From Fidelibacterota bacterium (GTDB lineage Bacteria; Fidelibacterota; Marinisomatia; Marinisomatales; UBA1611), in NCBI GenBank assembly GCA_002708715.1, contig PAPB01000004.1, positions 52,690 to 116,689 on the forward strand: a stretch of DNA of 64,000 nt. The letters are read 5' to 3'. The notes beneath the pieces are model-generated. The model was not told where the DNA came from. It saw only the letters and a program-made list of their open reading frames with translations, and searched no databases. A program made the translations under genes and the position numbers. Shown here piece after piece: positions 59,501 to 64,000 of this stretch (positions are counted from its first letter, which is position 1; each line of letters starts with the position of its first letter).

Positions 59501-60459
59501 TCTTTATAAGTATCCTGATTAAAATCAGCAACAGCTATTTGAGTAAGAGGGCCAGTTGCTATTGGAATATTTTCAATAACCAATGTTGCAGGAGTAAGCG
59601 TAAGCGCAACGATATCACCAGAATTAAAAGAAATTAGAATATCAGAAAACCCATCAGAATCCCAATCTGTTAATGCTAAAGAATTTTGCAGAATACCTTT
59701 TAAACCCTTTATTTCTTTTTTAACTAAATGTCCTGAATCAAAAACTCCACCAATGTTATAAAATGGTTGAGCTTTTAAAATATTCCCATCTGGACTAAAA
59801 GTTAATATATCATCATAACCATCATGATCATAATCTAAAACAGCAACATATAATAAACCAGATCCTACTAATAATTGATTAGGTCTAACTTTTTTAATTA
59901 TAGATAACCCATTAGGAGAAGCATTAACAACTGCAAAACCTCTAAAAGGACTGCCCAATGATAATACAATTTCTTCTTCTCCATCCGCATCATAATCTAA
60001 CAATTGAAAATTATTACACCGAAGTGACCTATCCTCTTTTCCAATATCTAAAATAGCTGATGGAATTTCTGAAAAATGAGAACCATCCCAATCATAAGTA
60101 GCAATAAATACATGCGGGGTATTAGTATCCCCAAATTTTATTAAATTCATTACTATTACTAATTCAGGAGAACCATTTCCATCAATATCTCCTATTTTAG
60201 CATCTACGAATTCCCCATCAAGGGTTACTGGAGGAATAAATTCCCATACAAGTGTTTGATAACCATCAGAATCGATTTCATAGTATCTCACAGTTTTAGG
60301 AAAAACATCTTGATTTGGATTTAATTCTAAAGAAATAAACTCTAGCATGTTATCTCCATCTAAATCATATGTTCCATTCATATGCACAATCTTTTGCTCA
60401 GAAAAAAGAAGAGAATGAATACTAATTAAAATAAATATTTTGACGCAATAATTAATCAT
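56596..60459 (-). CDS. Giant (1287 aa) secreted/anchored protein: signal peptide, FG-GAP/VCBS-like beta-propeller region, Q/P-rich linker, seven cadherin-like/He_PIG-type Ig repeats, C-terminal hydrophobic tail
   Basis: Six DxDxDG-type motifs (DLDGDNMLEF, GDIDGNGSPELV, LDYDADGEEEIV, LDYDHDGYDDIL, TDWDSDGFSDIL, ADFNQDTYKDIL). Seven repeats of the pattern 'P.GM..D...G.I.W.P...Q.....(V/I).V.(V/A)SDG'. It ends 'GWPLMLTFVGVVFAWGMAQI*'. Confidence 0.8.
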   Translation of the reverse strand: MINYCVKIFILISIHSLLFSEQKIVHMNGTYDLDGDNMLEFISLELNPNQDVFPKTVRYYEIDSDGYQTLVWEFIPPVTLDGEFVDAKIGDIDGNGSPELVIVMNLIKFGDTNTPHVFIATYDWDGSHFSEIPSAILDIGKEDRSLRCNNFQLLDYDADGEEEIVLSLGSPFRGFAVVNASPNGLSIIKKVRPNQLLVGSGLLYVAVLDYDHDGYDDILTFSPDGNILKAQPFYNIGGVFDSGHLVKKEIKGLKGILQNSLALTDWDSDGFSDILISFNSGDIVALTLTPATLVIENIPIATGPLTQIAVADFNQDTYKDILTLSSEINSLTLVSGKDGGVNNIENAMRKVPPEIQVFSMLPMIKAGVYNGSVLLSGWDGEINSTYVIQLGKKSDKLDQGYLVTSDFIQKQLPNLLSNVEDVDPEISEVYIEIDPTANQPQEDQQQQRIITDLGESPSSYIPNTIFLDQREGKVLKEQPRVKIPKKIVRTLEAPKTLKPKESVGIRLPKHILPKYILRPGQPFLYDIPKDSSDEFYSFRWENQPPKGMYFLYEMKAINWVPSDKQLDAFEISYMVRMKIDEIMEATNGSIEETQIFKATPVLESRNESLWIYVNDPPRFLTEPTITEFIAGSTFNYEPIVQDRNKDALVRLELEVAPDGMVIENGIIEWETDSSHVEVYDVRIVATDGFERTAQNFQLFSRAGVKILSKADTKASVGQKYSYSVKVWKQKPDQKINYKLLTSPEGMILHPDGAISWTPNPIQVDTVKYTIVASHGVATDTQYVNLFVNHPPVIKKAPMMMNTINAGGIWDFDLDVSDPNKNDQLVFTAKKLPEGMRMDPKTGFLRWEPSMNELDFHKLEIEVSDGHESRMIEAEFFVNAPVNIVSVPTMSATVGEEYTYPLIINDKNKGSLLPFKRVVKLNDTSNIRMYSINITDDVALANIDRFLGDWHNAEAIYYVDPKYPADSLVSRLNLKRYTHSVFFEDDRLWVLLETLDGRTIKVKDFLWEFFHGSKGKPPRVIVERISTMNYSLLDFPEGMEIDRSSGTIRWVPSINQPDAHRVTVVVSDGYSKDEQTFEVYSNHLPTIVSNPPHMGLVGELFKYQVRVDDNNENSSLEYTLMKGPHGMQMDRYGKILWVPKAAQINNNTFEVAVSDGFGTDVQSAKIFVNNAPTVVSNPKPVGLTGHSWRYKITTEDLNGDKVAYRAVRLPKYARFDKKKAIVDWTPRKNQLGMNDFILMAIDEHGATSTHDFQVHVFHDPSSKQLVNTGWPLMLTFVGVVFAWGMAQI

Positions 60460-63004
60460 TGCTCTCTTCCAAACTATTTAATTCAGACTGATTATTGTTT
60501 ATTTTTAAAAGAGAACTATTATCTTTCATATTTTTATTGTGTTCTAATTTTAATGAATCTAATGGTTCTATTTGATTTTCTTCTTCTTTTGGCAGAATGC
60601 CATCATTATTTTTTCCTTCCACATTTTTATTGTGTTCTAATTTTAATGAATCTAATGGTTCTGTCTCATTTGTTAGATTTTGTTCATTTATATTAAAAAT
60701 TTCAGAATTTAATTTTATTTTTTTCAAACCATCAATAGGAACGTTACTTTGTTTAGGTCTGATAGGAATCTCTTTTTGAGGCAAAGCAGATTGTACTTCT
60801 GGAAGTCTTGGTTCACGAATCACCTTTGGTAATTTACCTCGAGGACCAAACAAGGGTTCTTCTAATGATGCACCTTGTAATAATTTAACTTTTAAATCTT
60901 CTGGAAAAGATTCTTGGATTAGCTTTGAAAACATCAATTCTGGTTCTACTCTACCTGTTAAATCAAACTGAGTAGTGATTTTTTTTGAGCCATTTGCCCT
61001 AACAACAACCTCACCTTTAATAGACTGAATAGTCCCCTTATCCATAAAAACCGCTAAAGATTGTGGTGGATAAGAAGGAGTTGTAGCGGATAAATAAATC
61101 CCTTGATATATAGAGTCTTCCACTCCATCAAAACTAAAACGTATAAGTTTATCCGTAAAATCCATATCTAAAGATGTCGGGAAACCTTCAAAAAAATATT
61201 TTGGGAATTCAAATAATTTAGGATCAAATGATTCTGGTTGATAAGATTGTGAAATAGAATCATTTGTAGGTGAAATTGACATTAAAACAACATTTGTTTG
61301 TATATCATGCACCATAGTTAAGGTAGTAATGCTATCTATAATTCCATCGCGCAACGTATATGAAAAATCATATGTCTCTCCAGGTGATAAATTTGCTGTG
61401 TTTGCAGAAATACCATGTTGAAAATGAGTTGGCCTACCTGTTGGAGGAATTTGATTAACAGCTACTCCAAATGGGGCTTCACCGTCAAATACATATCTAT
61501 CACGAGTTTGAGAAGCAGGAGTCATTACCAAAATATAATACAAATCTATTACATCAGATTCTTTAGATATTAAAATAGAGTCTTGTTTATCAACGCTTTG
61601 ATTCAAAACTTCTTTAGCATTATCAGTAAAATTGATTATTTCTTCATTGATTTCAGGAATTGGATTGATTGATATAGTATCACTTTTCTCTGCAACATAT
61701 TCTCCTAAATTCATATGAGTAAAACCCGCTTCATCTGCCCAACTAACACTTTCCATATCTGTATTAATAATTGGAACTAATGCCTTTTTTTCTTTTATAA
61801 TCGACTGTTCTTCATCTTTCTTAATATCTGTTAAAAAATCACCAAGAGTAGGTGAAAGCATTTTATAATCATGTTTTTTAATCTTATCTATTGAAAGTTC
61901 ACTAAATAATTTTTGTTGAGTTTTCGGAATACTGGTCAATTCTCGATTATCTCTAAATGCACTCATTTTTAATTTAGATAATTCTTCATTCAAATTCGAA
62001 TTAGTAAAAGGTGATTTATTATCGTCCGATTTAGAATATACAATATTAGAGGAAGCGGGATTAGAAATAAGAGAAACGGCTTTCTCCCTAGTTTCAAGAA
62101 CAGATAACACATTATCAATTTCAGTTAATGGGAATGATCCTTTTTTAGAAATATTAGTAGTAGACATAAAAACATTGTTTTCAATAATATTTAATAAATA
62201 TACATCATCAGATCTTAAAGGAATCAATAAACCGTTTTTACCCTTATATATTGAATTAAAAGGCATCATTGATGTACTTAAAATAGACTGTGCATTATCT
62301 ACAGTAATTATTTTTGAATGTAAAATTTTATAATCATTATCTTTATCAAAAATAACAGTATTAAAAACATCCTTTTCCGCAGACAACATAGCAATAAAAT
62401 TACGACCATCACTGGAAAATGATGACATTTGTAAGACGCCATAACCATTACCTGTATTAGAACTTGAAAGAGATTTTGTATTAATTAAATCTAATTTATT
62501 ATTGGTAACCTTAATATTAAAAAGCAAACCTTTCCTGATTGGCGAAGAAAAACATACACCTAATGGAGTATTTTCATCGTTTAAAACAGTTATATTTGCT
62601 GGTATAGCAGTTTCCAAAGCGAATGGAGAATCCGTATAAAAAAGTGGTTTATCTACAAACCCAGAATCTTTCCCCTTAAAGAAGTATAGCCATGGATTAT
62701 CCGCAAAATAACCAACAACGCTAGGTATGAGAATTAAATCTGATAAACCATCTTTATCTATATCAACTAGAGCCCCATCAGCAAAAGATATATTTTTATT
62801 AGGCGCATATGACCAAAGAGTATCAATTTCATTAGTTGAAACTGTTTCAAGAAAAAGAATAGAATGATTTTTACTATTAAAAATCAAACATTCCTTAAAT
62901 CCATCATTATCTATATCGTAAGGACCTTTTATGTGGAATCCACCCTTGCCCTCCGCATTGGACAATAGTATAACTCCAAGAAACATTGCTTGAAAAAAGC
63001 GCAT
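60452..63004 (-). CDS. Large (about 850 aa) secreted protein with an N-terminal FG-GAP-like region paralogous to the downstream gene, and a K/E/N-rich repetitive C-terminus
   Basis: The ATG at 63004 lies 5 nt after AAGGAG (63010-63015) and gives the signal peptide MRFFQAMFLGVILLSNAEG; the track's TTG at 63028 is rejected. 'YDIDNDGFKECLIF' and 'VDIDKDGLSDLILI'. Its stop overlaps the downstream ATG by 8 nt. Confidence 0.75.
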   Translation of the reverse strand: MRFFQAMFLGVILLSNAEGKGGFHIKGPYDIDNDGFKECLIFNSKNHSILFLETVSTNEIDTLWSYAPNKNISFADGALVDIDKDGLSDLILIPSVVGYFADNPWLYFFKGKDSGFVDKPLFYTDSPFALETAIPANITVLNDENTPLGVCFSSPIRKGLLFNIKVTNNKLDLINTKSLSSSNTGNGYGVLQMSSFSSDGRNFIAMLSAEKDVFNTVIFDKDNDYKILHSKIITVDNAQSILSTSMMPFNSIYKGKNGLLIPLRSDDVYLLNIIENNVFMSTTNISKKGSFPLTEIDNVLSVLETREKAVSLISNPASSNIVYSKSDDNKSPFTNSNLNEELSKLKMSAFRDNRELTSIPKTQQKLFSELSIDKIKKHDYKMLSPTLGDFLTDIKKDEEQSIIKEKKALVPIINTDMESVSWADEAGFTHMNLGEYVAEKSDTISINPIPEINEEIINFTDNAKEVLNQSVDKQDSILISKESDVIDLYYILVMTPASQTRDRYVFDGEAPFGVAVNQIPPTGRPTHFQHGISANTANLSPGETYDFSYTLRDGIIDSITTLTMVHDIQTNVVLMSISPTNDSISQSYQPESFDPKLFEFPKYFFEGFPTSLDMDFTDKLIRFSFDGVEDSIYQGIYLSATTPSYPPQSLAVFMDKGTIQSIKGEVVVRANGSKKITTQFDLTGRVEPELMFSKLIQESFPEDLKVKLLQGASLEEPLFGPRGKLPKVIREPRLPEVQSALPQKEIPIRPKQSNVPIDGLKKIKLNSEIFNINEQNLTNETEPLDSLKLEHNKNVEGKNNDGILPKEEENQIEPLDSLKLEHNKNMKDNSSLLKINNNQSELNSLEESND
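60530..60662. repeat. Perfect 40-bp direct repeat, two copies (60530-60569 and 60623-60662), period 93 bp, inside the 3' end of the 850-aa gene
   Basis: Both copies read atttttattgtgttctaattttaatgaatctaatggttct. They encode the duplicated peptide EPLDSLKLEHNKN, 31 aa apart. Confidence 0.9.
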
Positions 63005-63064
63005 TTCTTCTCCTTTATGTACACCCAACAGTTATATATAATATCACTATTAAATGCATTTATT

Positions 63065-63093
63065 AGGGAGGCAAATCATGTTTTGATCTCCCT
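63065..63093 (-). promoter_or_regulatory. G/C-rich hairpin (AGGGAG-17 nt-CTCCCT) in the putative 5' leader of the 850-aa gene
   Basis: A 6-bp perfect inverted repeat in an otherwise AT-rich spacer. On the minus-strand RNA, the 3' arm CUCCCU is also largely complementary to the AAGGAG SD located about 50 nt downstream. Confidence 0.3.
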
Positions 63094-63260
63094 TACCTCG
63101 TTTACTACTTGAAAAATATATAATAACAAGACAATTTATACAAGGAAAAGACCAATAATCACTATTTTTTAAATAATTGAATTTTAACCTATATTTCCTT
63201 TCTTTAATTGATCCATGAATCTTAATTTGCGCATCGAATGATCTGGATTGTCCCTAAAAC

Positions 63261-64000
63261 ATGAAAAAAATATTTATTACTTTTATACTAAGTATACCAT
63301 TGTTAAATGGTCAATTTAGTTATCCTGCTGAAGATTTTCTTGGTGGAGGCATTGGATATAGTCCAATGTATATTAAACTTGATTCTATTCCTGGAGCATC
63401 TTTTCTATCAAATATTGGACTAGACCCAAATAAGTTTGACGATCCTATAACTGTTCATGGAGGTGAAGGGTTTGCCCACGTAACAGGAAGATGGAGAATC
63501 GGAGGTTATGCAGGAATGGGGGGCTCATCAGTATCTACAATACCAGAAGTAATGATTTTTATTGATCAGAATGGGAATGACTCTTTAGATGCAAATGAAA
63601 CCTCAAAAATGTATACCGATGAGTTAAATCCTTCAATTAAAGCAAAGTTCACATTCTTGCTTGGAGCCGCCTCTGTTGAATATGTGATGCCACTTCTCCA
63701 AGATCTTGAATTATCTTCTGGTGCGCTACTTGGACTTGGCAGGGTTGGTATGGCATTAGAACAACAGAGTGCAAATCCAAAATGGAAACAAATCTTTTCT
63801 AACGTATATGGCACACAAAGTAACGACACACTTTTTTATGGTGTGAGTGCCAATGAGTACGATAATCCAGATATTAGACCTGGGTCAGTATCTGGTGTGT
63901 TAAAAGATGTAAGTGCAGCATTTTTCAATTTTCAACCTTATGTAGCAGTAAAATGGCAGTTTTTAGAAAGATTAGGTCTTCGAATAAGTGTTGGCTTTAA
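63261..64000 (+). CDS. Outer-membrane beta-barrel-like protein, 3' end runs off the window (absent from the supplied ORF track)
   Basis: The ATG at 63261 opens a frame with no stop to nt 64000 (246 codons). Signal peptide MKKIFITFILSIPLLNG, Gly/aromatic-rich alternating pattern ('GGGIGYSPMY', 'RWRIGGYAGMGG', 'YVAVKWQF'). Divergent from the giant-protein pair. Confidence 0.65.
   Translation, partial: MKKIFITFILSIPLLNGQFSYPAEDFLGGGIGYSPMYIKLDSIPGASFLSNIGLDPNKFDDPITVHGGEGFAHVTGRWRIGGYAGMGGSSVSTIPEVMIFIDQNGNDSLDANETSKMYTDELNPSIKAKFTFLLGAASVEYVMPLLQDLELSSGALLGLGRVGMALEQQSANPKWKQIFSNVYGTQSNDTLFYGVSANEYDNPDIRPGSVSGVLKDVSAAFFNFQPYVAVKWQFLERLGLRISVGF

Noticed and set aside
681-60779. About 35 short (60-116 aa) ORFs in the track that lie inside, or antisense to, longer genes. 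Examples: 681-902, 1572-1781, 2427-2660, 3723-3917, 4878-5141, 6116-6316, 9665-10210, 11401-11631, 13602-13796, 15652-15849, 21142-21348, 26645-26851, 29019-29252, 32687-32890, 33450-33662, 36222-36464, 41342-41769, 44099-44575, 47067-48146, 53789-53971, 55815-56003, 56885-57161, 60597-60779.
   Set aside because: Each is fully embedded in a longer ORF that carries clear family motifs. Their translations are low-complexity (F/I/L/K/S-rich), as expected from alternative frames of AT-rich DNA. None has an SD.
63066-63086. SD-like AGGGAGG followed by ATG-TTT-TGA (a 2-codon mini-ORF) on the plus strand.
   Set aside because: It is too short to be meaningful as a gene. The same bases are better explained as one arm and the loop of the hairpin reported above.
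63566-63829. 87-aa minus-strand ORF, the only track entry after 63028.
   Set aside because: It is embedded antisense in a longer open-ended plus-strand ORF (63261 onward) that has an ATG, a signal peptide and OMP-like composition.
1-64000. CRISPR arrays, IS elements or transposases, integrases, prophage genes, toxin-antitoxin or restriction/defence genes.
   Set aside because: I found no regularly spaced repeats (only the two-copy 40-bp repeat at 60530-60662). No ORF carries recombinase, nuclease or defence-like motifs. Every sizeable ORF is accounted for by housekeeping or envelope functions.

Overview
This is a very AT-rich, extremely compact window of bacterial chromosome. By my tally of the intergenic gaps it is about 96-97% coding, and many starts and stops overlap as ATGA, TAATG or TTGA. 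The content is overwhelmingly core housekeeping from a diderm, LPS-making organism.

Main gene groups:
- A nucleoside-salvage run: cdd-udk-tdk-nupC-adk-coaE.
- A FloA/NfeD membrane pair.
- A large envelope supercluster: uppS-bamA-skp-lpxD-lpxC-fabZ-lpxA-(small OMP)-dxr-rseP.
- A priA-OMP-lipase-marR-mutY-plsC string.
- hppA-rpsF-rpsR-rplI.
- ispD-ispF-ispE-tRNA-Gln-prs-ctc-pth.
- ruvB-queA, a long atypical transketolase-family gene, and uvrA.
- A divergent fabL-like/fabA pair, and ychF.
- A late lipid A cluster: Gfo/Idh/MocA oxidoreductase, ICMT-like methyltransferase, lpxB, DUF374, lpxK.

I see no rRNA, CRISPR array, transposase, integrase, phage genes or recognisable defence system. The only RNA gene I can support is tRNA-Gln(UUG).

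The least explained part is the 3' end (56.6-64 kb). It holds two translationally coupled giant secreted proteins with FG-GAP-like calcium-binding repeats. One of them also carries seven cadherin-like/He_PIG-type Ig repeats and a C-terminal hydrophobic tail. Divergent from them is an outer-membrane-like ORF that runs off the window and is missing from the supplied ORF track.

Secondary leads:
- A possible Leptospira-style lipid A modification module (GnnA-like plus LmtA-like genes inside the lpxB-lpxK operon).
- Na+-pump-type signatures in the membrane pyrophosphatase.
- An OMP-lipase-MarR module.
- A proteobacterial-type FabA without FabB.

All functional calls rest on motifs read by eye from the translations. 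No database search was run. Taxonomy cannot be fixed from the sequence alone. The lpxD-lpxC-fabZ-lpxA order hints at an FCB-like or Marinimicrobia-like lineage, but this is only a guess.
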